Part shown: piece by piece, positions 1 through 11,351 of the stretch
How the letters are laid out: each line of letters begins with the position of its first letter
Numbering within the stretch: the stretch's first letter is position 1
Source: Hyphochytrium catenoides
Taxonomy: Eukaryota > Protista > Hyphochytriomycota
Assembly: GCA_900088475.1 (NCBI GenBank)
Contig: FLMG01004424.1
Span: forward strand, 1-40,697
Direction of reading: 5' to 3'
Length of the DNA: 40,697 nucleotides
Position numbers and translations under genes: made by a program
Notes under the pieces: model-generated
What the model was told of the DNA's origin: nothing
The model's input: only the letters and a program-made list of their open reading frames with translations
The model's database searches: none

Positions 1-1630
1 TAGGTGCAGCGAGTGCACTAGCACCTTCACCGGAAGAGTGATAGAACTGCTGACGAAGTATGAATAGTCCTTATACATGATTGACACTTGCGTCAAGGGA
101 CCCTGCTAAAGCGTGCTAAGAAAGCATACTGCCTCGGCTCTGGCGCTGCCAGATTAGGTCAGTCAAAGTGCAGCTAATGCACCCTCGTCGTTCGTCATTG
201 TCACGCTATTGATAGGGTCATTGGTCGATGGTGCTTAGCCATAGGTAGCGGCGACACCAGCTTCAGATACCCTAAACGACCTATGTGAGCGTGTACTACT
301 ATTCCAATCAGAGAACTTTCAGCAGTCAGCAGCAATAGGGGGACTCTTGTCCGGGATGAGAACAAGCAAGAATCACCGTTAGCTTCAACCCGCTTGTCTG
401 CCTCTGTGATTCTGAAGCTTTCTCCTCGAACATTTTTCCAATATCAGCACACCCGTGAACGACAGGCATACTCTATATCAGAATACCAGTCACAATTTCC
501 GATTGTATTTGGAATTGAGAGCGGTGTTCACTCGACAGTAATCAATCAGTCTGATCTTTGGTTCTGGAATGGAGCAGTTTGAAGTTGGGCCTTCAGCAAT
601 CAGAAGCACAGCAAGGCCCGTAACCAGGGCGTGGCGCTGGATCGGCATCATCCTTAATGTTATAACTGTTGCCGCGTAGCAGATGCTTATGAGGCGAGGA
701 GTGGTGAACGTAGCAGACAGTCTCAGTCATCGGAGAATCTCGGCCTACTGATAACGGTCGGCTAGTTGAGTGCTTCATCTGGTAGTAACAGGGCCAATCC
801 GGAAATCAATCACAATGTGATATCGGGAGCCAGGATATGTTGATGCCATAGACGAAAGGAGTTGCCGTCATGCCTTTAGGAAAATGTAGTGCTGCGGTCT
901 CTTCACCCTCATCCCAGATCCATCGCCCCCGCCAGCACCACTGGTTATGACCGGGGACCTTGTCGTCTTCGCAGGCCCAGCGGGGTGGTGCATTAAAGGA
1001 AGACATAATGACCTCTGAGAGGAGCGTGCAGAGCCTGAGTAGAGAGCTGCTGGTGGATGCTGAATTCTGCTCTTGTCGAACTTTCTCACCAAAGTCAGCT
1101 CTGCTCTTGCTGTCCGTTTTATCAACTACTGTTTGCTTCGCTATTCTATGATATACAGAACTATACTCCCCAAATGTCAGGCTGCGATCGAGTGCCACAA
1201 ACAATTCATTATTCCCGAATGACGGCGAGTGGCATCACACACGAATAGACACTCCAAGTGAGTCCGAATGGCTTAGAGGAGTTTACGGAGAGAAGGTTGA
1301 ACTCTGCTCATTGTGAGATGGTAGGCACGCAAGTGGGTCAGCACGATGGCTCGGCAAGCAGAGGAGAAGGGTAGAAGGAAGGACCGATAAAAGGCAATCT
1401 TTAAGGTCTATCAAGACCACGCTTGCGAGAGTCGTCGGAGACAGAGAGACAAGCGAGGTAGGGGTCGAATATCTGTACAGCGTCAAAGCTCCTATAGGTT
1501 CCTGTTATATCACATGCGAAAGCACTTTACTTCCTACTAGTGCTTTGGTTTTCTTTTTATTCGGTAGGCCTGACCCCTCGGTATACCTCCTTACCTCTCT
1601 ATAATCTCACAACTTGACATCAGCACAAGT

Positions 1631-4264
1631 CTAGGGTTCCACAGATCTCAGCGATGCAGCCACTTTCTCACAGTTGTAACTTTTGCCTTTCTGGCTGTCT
1701 GCCCTGTAAAATACTGCCGGCTGACCCAGTGGAGCAGGGTATGACCGCCATTTTCCTTCCTCATAATAAGGAGAAGAGGAAGAGATTTGCTCATTCGACC
1801 AAACATGCCTCCACTGCCCGGTTGGTAGGTAAAAGCGCACATCTTGAACCCCTGGCGCCAAGACTGGTGCAACTAGTAGACAGGGCCCCACCATAAATTG
1901 ATTCTCAAGAGCTAAGACATTAGGGTCGTCTGGAAACTCCAGCACCATGTGACGCGTTAGAGGCCACCCTTTTTGCACTGCTTCCTCTATTAAAAGATCC
2001 CGATATGGGGCCAGCTGCTGGTGCCACTTAGCCGCTCGAGCAAAGGCCTCTATTGTCTCCGGCGTAGAATAGACTTGATGGTTGTCGTCTGGAAGAGTTC
2101 CGACATGGGTCCGGAAAATGACGTCAGAGAATGCTGACAGCTCGCACCATCGAAGAAGCAACTCCTGGGTCCGCACGTACGCAATAAAGGGCTTTTTGAA
2201 GGAGGTATAGCCACCAATGTCGCTGTGAGCCAAAGCGTATCCCGAGAGACCACTTGAGATAGCTGAACGTAAAGCGCTCGTAAGTCCATCATACTCATCC
2301 CAGACTACGACATGATCCCCGTGCCATAACAAGCGAGTCAAGCCAGGAGTACGAGTCCAACCAGATCTAGAGAAGGGTATGATGTCATCATACCCTGCCG
2401 TAGCTCGTCGGTTAAGCTCCTGCCATTGCTCAGGGTAGACATTGTGGTTGTTGACTGGATCGCGACCGCTATCATTGTGAATGAGAGCATCTAGTGGTAG
2501 AGATTCCGCAAAGTCAGCCATCCAGCCATAAACTTCGGGTTCACAAACGTCAGCCCCTTGCTTACAGTGACAAACCTTCATCATGTTGCAACGAATGACA
2601 TCCACATACCAATCAACCGCTTCCGGGTTGGAAAGGTCTATCATAGCGTACGAGAAAGTCTTGGAGCCACACTCCTGAAGGTAAGGCTCTCCAGTAGCTC
2701 GATTCTTGACAAAATATCCCTTTGCCCGCCCGATCTCGTAAAGGTTCTCCCTAGCGTTGGGTTTCAGGGCAGCCACCGAGTTTGAGACATAGGGATTGAT
2801 GTAAGTCATTATTCTTACATTCTCCTCCTTCAGCTCTGCCACCAGGCCCTCCCACTGTGGGTAGTGGTCATAGTCGTTCTCCCAGTTCCACCAGAGTCTA
2901 CTGCCCAACCGGTCAAACCGTAGTCCTGGCCAATCCTGCAACCAAAAGCCCGAGATTGGCACACCTCCTGCTTTGAGCTTCTGATAGACCTTTCTCACGG
3001 CTTTCGTTCCGCCCGTGAAGCCAATGACTGCGCCATTGTGATAGATCCACTTAGCTAGGCGCGGAGCTCGCCCTGTGTGCAGCGTTAGCTCTTCGATAGC
3101 AGCGAGCGGCTCCTTAACAGCTCCGATGTGGCCCACCAGCTCAGGGACATAGGGATTCTTGGCGTTACCGCCCTCTCGAAGTAAGGTCAATTCCATGGTG
3201 ATTGAATCTTCAAGATTCCACATAATGTATTCTGAGTTGTCCAGGGCTAACATTCTGCCTCTACTGGTGACCAGGGCTGGCATAGGAGCATAAGATGTGA
3301 ACCACGTGCCCGAAGCTGTGAATTGTGTGACAAGGTTGACGAGCCAAGAGAGGGGCTGTGTTCCTCTCCCTGCGCCCTGCTCAATCACGAAGGTTGGGAA
3401 GGCTTTCCCTCGCATGTTAACATGGGTCGCCTGCTCACCAAAGCCATAAATCGCCTCAGCAATGCCTTCCTTATCCTCGAAGTCAAGAGAGAGGGAAATT
3501 CTATCCACCACCTCCTTTGCATCCTGCTGTTCGTTGTCAACAAGCTTGGGTCTGAGTCCAAACTGTAGTTGATTCCCAGACACAGGAGATACAGAGAGCG
3601 TGAAAATATATGGCACTGTGCGTCGCAGTCTCCCTCCAGTGACATCGCCGTGTATTTCTATGGAAGCACTGTCTTCAGAGACGATGACTTCCTTTATGCT
3701 CTGAACAGCAGAGAGGTCACAGCTATGCCGATATTGCTGTCTCCACCAGGAGGGTCTAAATAAGGAATTGACAAGCCGAATAAGCTTCTGGAGGCCATAG
3801 AGGACGAGATTTTGGTCTTGAAGGAGCCATAGCCCCGGGTAGCAAGGGTCCCTGAACTCATAGATCCCGCCCTCGAAAGCGTCGACAGCTAGGTGAACGC
3901 GGCCGACTTGGACCCATGGTCTATTATTGCTCGGTGTATGAAAGACCGTTGTTCCGCTAAGCGATGAAGAAACATGGACATAATTAGTTTCTGGTACAAT
4001 CCGTACTTCATATAGCCCGCTAAGGGAAAGGTTCTGGGAAGGCAAGCCGACAGGATCAACTACCTGCTCTACTATGGGCTTGGTATTGGAGTGATAGCCA
4101 TCCAGATAGATGACGGCCCACGCCAAGAGGGTAAAGGCTGGGATGGAGAGTATGAAAGGTACCGACAAGTGCAAATCTGGCGAGAAATGGAGAGGAGCAG
4201 CCAGCCATCTACTGAGGGCCTGGGTGGCGCTCGAGCGCCTGTGACTGCTGGGAGAGAACTTCAT
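1631..4264 (-). CDS. yihQ: Glycoside hydrolase family 31, YihQ/sulfoquinovosidase-like, with N-terminal membrane anchor; intronless, 877 aa
   Basis: Uninterrupted ATG-to-TAG ORF. GH31 nucleophile motif WMADFAE, acid/base motif LWHGD, HSDIGGY, FRTH and C-terminal QFMVGPCLLVAPV...FYLPTGQWRHVW. The YihQ-type block GFTGGT...GFWLQDWPG...GSRLWWNW is present. Hydrophobic segment LSVPFILSIPAFTLLAWAVIYL near the N-terminus. The symbol denotes family resemblance; orthology was not tested. Confidence 0.9.
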   Translation of the reverse strand: MKFSPSSHRRSSATQALSRWLAAPLHFSPDLHLSVPFILSIPAFTLLAWAVIYLDGYHSNTKPIVEQVVDPVGLPSQNLSLSGLYEVRIVPETNYVHVSSSLSGTTVFHTPSNNRPWVQVGRVHLAVDAFEGGIYEFRDPCYPGLWLLQDQNLVLYGLQKLIRLVNSLFRPSWWRQQYRHSCDLSAVQSIKEVIVSEDSASIEIHGDVTGGRLRRTVPYIFTLSVSPVSGNQLQFGLRPKLVDNEQQDAKEVVDRISLSLDFEDKEGIAEAIYGFGEQATHVNMRGKAFPTFVIEQGAGRGTQPLSWLVNLVTQFTASGTWFTSYAPMPALVTSRGRMLALDNSEYIMWNLEDSITMELTLLREGGNAKNPYVPELVGHIGAVKEPLAAIEELTLHTGRAPRLAKWIYHNGAVIGFTGGTKAVRKVYQKLKAGGVPISGFWLQDWPGLRFDRLGSRLWWNWENDYDHYPQWEGLVAELKEENVRIMTYINPYVSNSVAALKPNARENLYEIGRAKGYFVKNRATGEPYLQECGSKTFSYAMIDLSNPEAVDWYVDVIRCNMMKVCHCKQGADVCEPEVYGWMADFAESLPLDALIHNDSGRDPVNNHNVYPEQWQELNRRATAGYDDIIPFSRSGWTRTPGLTRLLWHGDHVVVWDEYDGLTSALRSAISSGLSGYALAHSDIGGYTSFKKPFIAYVRTQELLLRWCELSAFSDVIFRTHVGTLPDDNHQVYSTPETIEAFARAAKWHQQLAPYRDLLIEEAVQKGWPLTRHMVLEFPDDPNVLALENQFMVGPCLLVAPVLAPGVQDVRFYLPTGQWRHVWSNEQISSSSPYYEEGKWRSYPAPLGQPAVFYRADSQKGKSYNCEKVAASLRSVEP

Positions 4265-4839
4265 TTCGACTAACTAACCAAAATGATGGCCCTGTCCTAG
4301 CAGCAGGCCGCGGTTCCGCCCCTGCCTAAGGGAGAGGTGAAGCCTGACTTATGTGCCCTAAGTTGCGGTGAAGATTAGCCAAGCCCAGGTCATTGGCCTA
4401 ACGGTAGGGCTTGATTTGCTCAGATAAAGCCGGCATTGCTACTACTATGGTCACTTTCTTCTATTGTCAGGACCGCTTATTATCAGCAGAGCGCTAGACC
4501 TGATACAGAGACTCCCTGAAGGTTCCTAGTTCTCTCGGTCTTGATGACTTGTGGGGAGATGTACTTCAACAGCTCCGAAGCATCGGCAGGCTGAGCTCTA
4601 CATGTCCATCACAAGACACTCATCAGCCCGATGTCAACATGCACCCTCCACACACAAACGCCCAATGTTCAGGTGAAGGATCCCCGCTAACGTGCAGCAT
4701 ACCTTCGGAAAACACGCAATCACAACGACAAATCTCCGTTGTTGGAGCGCTTGAGCCATCTGTGGTGACCTCACCGTCATCGTCTACTAACTAGAGACTA
4801 GAGCTGCATATACCTTCCTTCCCTGCCCTTCCCGCCGGG

Positions 4840-6200
4840 ACCTCCAGTAGTCCTGCTGGCTCAGTCATCCGTCTCCAGCAGCTTGCTACTAGCTGCTGAG
4901 CTTCTCCTGCACCACGAGTAGTGATGCTATTCACCGGGGTTCAGAAGCTCGCCGACCGTCTAGCAGCAGCGCTGCTCCCCGTAGTTTTTCGATCGCAGTG
5001 TCTTCTCTCGCTGCTGGTCTTCGCAGATTGACTAATAGTGTCAGATAATAGTAGTCGTCACAACGTTAACAACATCTTTTTTGTAGAGCTAGTGGTGAGA
5101 GCCCCAACGGACGCCTCACCGTCCGTCCTCTGTTCCTCAGAGTACGGTTCGGTGCGCCTCGCCAGCGTGCTTCTTAAAATTAGGCTATTTGGATGCTAAA
5201 GCTACCTTTGCCGTCGATGATGATGTAGATATAGTTATTTATCGATTATCCTGTCCCGCTCATGGGTTGAAGACCTCCGCCGCTGCCCCCATCATCATCA
5301 TTGGCAAGGTAATAAGGCGGGAGCCTTTCTTCTTCTACACCAGGGGTTAAGGACCTCTCTCTTGACTGTCTTGCCCACAGCCCCAGTCGCCCGCCATCGG
5401 AGTCTGGCCTCTCCTCGAGTAGGACCATGAAGTTGGAGATTAAAGAGCGTTCTCGACGCTGATTCTGGAGACTTCGGTAGTATTCTCACGTTTTCGCTTT
5501 TTATGATTACGTTCCTCGGTCACGAGCGACGACTTGGCGATCCACCGCCCGCCGCACTATTTGCATTATTATCTCCTCCACCATCGTCGGCGAAAAGAAG
5601 CTAGTTTTTTATCGCCTAAGAGGAGGAGAAGAGGTCAGACTCCGACATCGTCGTCTCGGGGCGGTGTGGGCAACAAAGACAGTCAAGAGAGAGGTCCATA
5701 TGATTATCCTCTTTTGTAGTAGAATGGTTCTCCCGTTGTATCTTGCCAATGGAGGCAAGGGAGGGCTTCCTCCAGCCCATGAGCGGAACGGACGACAGGA
5801 TATTATCCTCATATTATTCAACGGCAAAAGAAACAGCTTCATTAGCCAGATAACCAACAAACTTTAATAAGCACGCTGGCGAGGCGCTCCGAACGCTACT
5901 CTGAGGAACAGAGGATGGTGGCGTTGGCGCTCTTCTTATTATACTAGCAGCGTCAACAAATTGTGGTGACTAGTACGTAGGTAATGCTATTATTAGTCAG
6001 CGAACAAAGAAGAAGAGCAGCAAGAAGAGGAGACTTCTTAACATTGCCAGCGGCGATGGAAAAAGCGGGAACGAGAGCTGCTGGTGGACGTTGACCTGCT
6101 AAACGCCGGTAGTAGCAAGTCACTCGGCTCGCCGCGCAGGAGACGCTCAAAGCTGGCTGGATGAGGAGAGAGCAGCAGCAGGTGCAGGAGATACTAGTGC
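4840..6200. repeat. Long imperfect inverted repeat (arms ~4840-5423 and ~5615-6200, spacer ~190 nt)
   Basis: Colinear reverse-complement blocks read directly from the sequence: 5397-5411/5631-5645 (14 of 15), 5351-5372/5676-5697 (22 of 22), CTTGCCAATG and CCCATGAGCGG blocks, 5126-5172/5869-5915 (44 of 47), a TATTAGTCA block, 4897-4910/6136-6149 (13 of 14). Outer boundaries are approximate. Confidence 0.9.
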
Positions 6201-7985
6201 TGGAGGAGGAGGAGTGAGGAAGCGATCAGAAGATGATGATGGATTAGCTGGGGGATGGGCCAGGAGGAGATCTGGGGAGGAGGCTAAAGGCAAAAATAGC
6301 GTAAACACTGCGTAAAACGTCAGTACCCTCCCTCTTGTGTGGCAGCGGTGGGTGTAACGAAAAGTATGTGCGATGCCGAAATGCCGAAAGTATCACCTCA
6401 CCTTTGTGAACAAATATTTCAGGAGGATGGGAACCGTTGTTATCGGGCATCCTCACGTAGGGCTCTTTAATTTAGGGACAGGCCCCACGTTTGGCTCGGT
6501 TTCTAGGATTACATTTCGGTACCGAGCAAGGTTTCCCAGTGTCATGTGAAACGGTTACAGTCCCAGTAGGAGGAGGAGGAGGAGGAGGAGGGAAGGCGTG
6601 GCGGTTGGGAGCTGGGGGAGGAAGAAGCTTGTAGCAGCAAGGAAGCCTCGGACATTGAGGCAGTCGACAGACGGAGGCAAACTTCTTCACCACTAAGAAG
6701 ACACTTGCTGCTGCTCTTCTCCGACCTCGGCTTCCCCGCTCTGTCTTATTAGCAGTGGTGGGGCAAACAATGCTTGTTTGATGACATAAGGAGAGAGAGG
6801 GTAGTAGTAGGGAGAGGGAGGATGTAAAACCAGCACGGGAAGGTGGTAGGAGGAGCTAGAGTCTCATAAGAGTGGGTCACCATTGAATACATAGTCATAA
6901 TCTATTCAGGGTCCTCTTCGTGCATCGTGCAGGGATGGGCGGTGAAGGAGAAGGAGAGGCGACGAAGTCGACCAAGGCCCTCCCATAGTGAGCGCCCTTC
7001 AAGAGGCATTGGATCGAAATAGATAAGGAGCGTGGAGGAGAGAGCAAAGGTATATGCAGCCTGATACTCAGCTCGTATAATGGCAACGGCCAGCCCATCA
7101 TCGCACGCATCTGTCTGCTGGATGCCTCCCCCGCCTCGCTTTTAACTCTGCTTATACTGCACAACTGAAGACCACACACCCGCAATCAGCAGGATTTGAA
7201 AAACCTGGTCGCTGTCCATAAGAGCTGAACGGGTGGTGGGTTCTCCTCCTGCTGGCGGAAGTATGGTCACCCTCATAGAGGGAGAAGCACCTAGGACTTT
7301 TAAGAGACCAGACAAGATCTATATATACATTTCCTGGTCAATGGGTGGCACATGTTGCGCTTGAATGAGTCAGGGACGTGACATAGACTTTGTCAGGCAG
7401 CATCGCCACATATAGTACAGGAATCGCGACCGGGACCAGGCGATAGTGGCATCATCAGCCACCAAGACGATCCTTGCACTTGCTCTATGCCATTTCTTCG
7501 GAAATAGCTTCACGATAGGAAGATTGCACAGTGGTTCAACGCATGTTGTGGCTTGGATATCTTCCGACTATCTAGTGGATATATTAGGGAAAGGTGCGAG
7601 CTGATAGGACCATTATTACCGCGATCGTTGGCAGTTCGGGGGAAACCCTCAGGACCGGGGAAACCCGTCAGGGCCTTCCTTCTTCTTTTAAATCTTCTTC
7701 TTCTTTCACGGAGTTGCCTGAGATTGGCACTACTACTCTTAGTCCGCATAACAACAACCGGGAAGAGCTGAAGGAGAGCCCAAAGGCAACATATTCTACT
7801 TGCGTTGTCCGTCTTAGAGAGGTCAGGACCCCAGTACTTCGACGCTTGTGTTTCTCTCTTACCTCGGGGCATGCAAGCGCTGCTATCTACCTTCTTCATC
7901 AAGAAGAAATAGAGACTACCGACGGCGGAGAGGCGTCTCTCAGTTTGCCACTCCTGACCCACCAGCTACATTACCTCCGCTCATT

Positions 7986-10289
7986 ATGATGGCCGCTGGC
8001 GGTCGTCACCACCAACGAAGGGTTCTTACCTCAGTCTTCCAGGATGAGATATTTCTTTCAGGCGAAGAGAAGACAACGCGCACGATGCTCCACGTACTAT
8101 TGGGCACCAAGCTCTCCGCCTACTTCAAGCGCTTCTCGGCCATCTGTTTGCCCTTTCCAATCGTCGCACCGCTCTTTCTCATCTGCTCGACTGCAGCTCT
8201 TCTGAACCCGCTCTTCACCCAGCTTCTACCACCCACTCCAGGCACGCTATGGTTCACCGAAGACTTTCTTCCATTGTTCAGTTTATTGGTTGCTGTGCTA
8301 ATAAACTTGATTGGCTTTGGCGACACTAATGCCAGGACCTATAGGCTCATGTGGAGCAACTTTTACACTTGGATGTCGATGGCGGAAGTAGTTGGCTTTG
8401 GTCTGGGCTACGCTGCCCTGCTTCAATGGACAAGGAAGGCCATTCTTCTCTGTTTAGCAGTCCTGGTGCTGTTGAACTATTGCCTGGCATACGATGGGAT
8501 GCCGTCAGGTGCGCGGAAGAGGCTCCGATGGATGATCCTTTGGATTTGCCTGTTGTCTTTGATGCTAGGTTGTATCATCTACCTCCAATGGGTTCCTGGA
8601 ATGGTGGAGAGGAAGGTGAAGTTGCTGTCCATTAAGGCTTTGACAACACGGAACGATGGCACGCCAGAAGGTACAGCCGAGTGCTCTTCCTCGACAACAT
8701 GGGGCAGCCATTCAGCGAACCTTGACAACGAGGTTGACGAGGAGGGAGCCCCATGGTCGCCAAGTTTCTCCTTGAGAGAGTTCACTCTCAATCGATGTGT
8801 AGGCTTCGCTGTACTCACGCTGAGGATTCTTTTCGATGCCTTTACTGATCCTCAGGCCTGCACACTTACAATGTCTGCTCTCCAGAATGAGACAATTATT
8901 TTGTATCAGAAAGGAGATGGTAATGAGCCCGGCGATGTGAAAAACCAGAACAGTCTCGTTTTATCGTGCTGTGAGACGGCTAAACTACCGCCGGACAATC
9001 AGAAGAGTGGATCAGTGATGCCAGAGAGATGCGGGTTAACAATGGAGGTTAGGCCCTTGTGTCGTCAATACTTCTCGCCGCCGATAGAACAGAGATCTGG
9101 TCCTCTTAACACCCTTCAAGAGCTCACTACCAATGAGACTGGAGGAACAATAGAAGCATCGACGGAGGCCCCATCAACTTCGTCACAGACATGTCTGACG
9201 GCGGCAGTACCACCAAGACTTAGCAGCCATAGCAAAGAGCTAACGAAGTCAAGGTTAGCAGTCAACGGTTGGCGTTGGAAGCTTGTCAGTCAGCCAAAGA
9301 AGCTGCTATTAGAGGATGACGAGTCCCGGCATACTCTGCTTCATAAGCTGATTGGGAACTCCTGGGCGGACTGGTACCTCCGTCTAGTAAGGGGCACTCC
9401 TCGGAGAGAAAGATCAATGCTCTGTCTCTCTGTCGCTTGCATTGTTGTCTACTTCGTCGTAGGCGCACCATATGTCTACATCGAAGGGTCGCGGCCAGCT
9501 TTAACCCCTGTCCTCTATCTCAGCGCTGCATTTCTAGTGGAGTTCGCCCTCTCAATGTCCAACTATGCCCTGGCAAAGAGAGTTTTCCATACCTTCGAAT
9601 TCTGGCTGGTGATGACCAAGATGATCTTTTTCCTTGGCTCTGTTGCTTACGCCTTTTGCTGGGAATATAATGGCCCTTGCTTCTGCTATCTCCTGGCTGC
9701 GGTGTTTAACACTCTTATCGACACCTTCCCGGACAAGCTCAGAGGCCTTTCTCGTCTGCTCATGCTTTTTTCTTTTTCTCTTTCTAGTCTTGCGCTCTTC
9801 GCACTGTACTATAGAAATGGTTCCGGCATGACCTGCGCAGCGATGCGAGTTACACTCACTGGTCGCTCTATAACGGCGGAAGCGGCGTGTGCCCTAAGGA
9901 AGGAGTTAGAGGAAGCATCCCAGCGACAAGGGATGTCTTTCTCTGACGCGCTTTTTGGTGCATTGGGGCAGCAAACTCTCTCGGTTCTTGACATTGGTCT
10001 AAGCAGTGGGGTCGGCTACGTTGCCCTTTGCGTAAAGCAGCTTTACGTGGCCCTTCGCTACCCTAAGCACTGTGTGCTGCTGAAAGGGAGGATCAGAGTG
10101 GAGCGAAACTCTGCGACAGAAGAAGTCAAGACGACAGCAAACGAGAGAGACTCTATACTCAGAAACGCATCGTCACTTCCCTCCTCCTGTGTGGCGCCCG
10201 CCCATGACCACCAAGATAACTCCAAGTGGATAGAGAAAGATGAGAAAGAGGGAGAAGAATTCAAAGATAGGAGAGATCAAAGAGGGTGA
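7986..10289 (+). CDS. Uncharacterised polytopic membrane protein, two ~6-TM units (paralogue A)
   Basis: The open frame runs from 7848 (GTG); the first ATG is at 7986. Two hydrophobic units are separated by a Ser/Thr-rich linker. Each has T-[ML]-L-x-x-L-[LI]-G, N..(F..W), D..P...R and P..C.L motifs shared with the ORFs at 12181 and 22818. The 5' end is uncertain. Confidence 0.8.
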   Translation: MMAAGGRHHQRRVLTSVFQDEIFLSGEEKTTRTMLHVLLGTKLSAYFKRFSAICLPFPIVAPLFLICSTAALLNPLFTQLLPPTPGTLWFTEDFLPLFSLLVAVLINLIGFGDTNARTYRLMWSNFYTWMSMAEVVGFGLGYAALLQWTRKAILLCLAVLVLLNYCLAYDGMPSGARKRLRWMILWICLLSLMLGCIIYLQWVPGMVERKVKLLSIKALTTRNDGTPEGTAECSSSTTWGSHSANLDNEVDEEGAPWSPSFSLREFTLNRCVGFAVLTLRILFDAFTDPQACTLTMSALQNETIILYQKGDGNEPGDVKNQNSLVLSCCETAKLPPDNQKSGSVMPERCGLTMEVRPLCRQYFSPPIEQRSGPLNTLQELTTNETGGTIEASTEAPSTSSQTCLTAAVPPRLSSHSKELTKSRLAVNGWRWKLVSQPKKLLLEDDESRHTLLHKLIGNSWADWYLRLVRGTPRRERSMLCLSVACIVVYFVVGAPYVYIEGSRPALTPVLYLSAAFLVEFALSMSNYALAKRVFHTFEFWLVMTKMIFFLGSVAYAFCWEYNGPCFCYLLAAVFNTLIDTFPDKLRGLSRLLMLFSFSLSSLALFALYYRNGSGMTCAAMRVTLTGRSITAEAACALRKELEEASQRQGMSFSDALFGALGQQTLSVLDIGLSSGVGYVALCVKQLYVALRYPKHCVLLKGRIRVERNSATEEVKTTANERDSILRNASSLPSSCVAPAHDHQDNSKWIEKDEKEGEEFKDRRDQRG

Positions 10290-11341
10290 GGAATATATGA
10301 ACGGAAGGATAGAGGCTTTCTGGTCGTCTCCACGACGTCATTCATAAGATATCTGAGGTGCTTCAACTAATAATAAAGCGGTGACCAAGCAGCGGTAGCG
10401 TAAATAGATTAGCACTGATGCTGATGCCTCTGACTACTTCATCATAAACTGCCTTGATGGGGACCAGCAGCTATAGCAGAGAAGGAGGCAGCAGCTAGTG
10501 GCGGTGGCGGGGACTCCTGCTGCTGCTGGCATCATCAAGGTGTTCTGATGAATTAGAAAGCAAGTAATACATTCTGTTTGTAGCGCAGCCAATCCTTTCA
10601 CCACTGAGGAGGTCCCTGGCTGCACCACTGCCTGCCTAACGAAGACACCCAAAGAGCTAGCAGAAGAACTGTTCTCAACATAAAGATGATCACCTCTTAA
10701 TCTCATACTTCTTAGGACGACAGATGAGCATGCATCAGAGGACGAGCAGCTAAGATCTTCGCAGATGAGATTAACGTAGTGGCGGCTATTGCAGCTGCAA
10801 ACCATGGTGGTTGAGGGTCTTCAGATGGAGCTCCTAGGCACCTGAAGAAGAAATGAGCGATATCCTTCTCGAGTGTCTCTCACTCTCTCTCAGTGCGGCT
10901 TCTTCCCGTTGTTGGTCGTGTCTTTCCTACCAGTGCACTCACTCCTCTTCTCACTCTCTCTCTCCTCTCTCTCGCCTGATCTCATCACTTGGCCCTTTGA
11001 GACTGTTGTCTCTGTGCCTTTACCTTCCTTCCTCTTTGCTTCCCTGCTGCTGCTCTCGTCTCTCTCTCCTGGCCCAAGGTTATCTGTTAATAACATTCCT
11101 CCTCCTTCTTTGCCGTCTGTCTTCCAGCTTCTGGAACTAATACACTGTAAGACGTTTATCTCTTTTCACTCTGTCTTGGGAGACCAGAGCATTAGGAGAA
11201 AACTGCTGGTGAAACGGCTTTGGAGGGACTTCTTCGTCCTTGTTCTTCAGCGTCAGTAACCGTTTCTCCCCCTAGGTCATTTTTGAGTCTTGACGAAGAA
11301 GAGACGCACAGAGAGGACAGAGGAGAGAAAGAAAGAGAGGT

Positions 11342-11351
11342 AGAGAGAGAG

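Noticed and set aside
1-1630. Short ORFs (60-132 aa) on both strands downstream of the GH31 gene
   Set aside because: No recognisable motifs and no consistent splice path; treated as intergenic or UTR sequence.
5246-5867. ORFs 5246-5428(-) and 5664-5867(+) sharing the peptide YLAN..G..GG
   Set aside because: The similarity is a by-product of the inverted repeat. Frames shift between arms and substitutions are not synonymous-biased.
7594-7989. 131-aa ORF as a possible upstream exon of paralogue A (candidate intron 7822-7943)
   Set aside because: The phase is compatible, but the exon has no ATG and no homology support; it needs transcript data.
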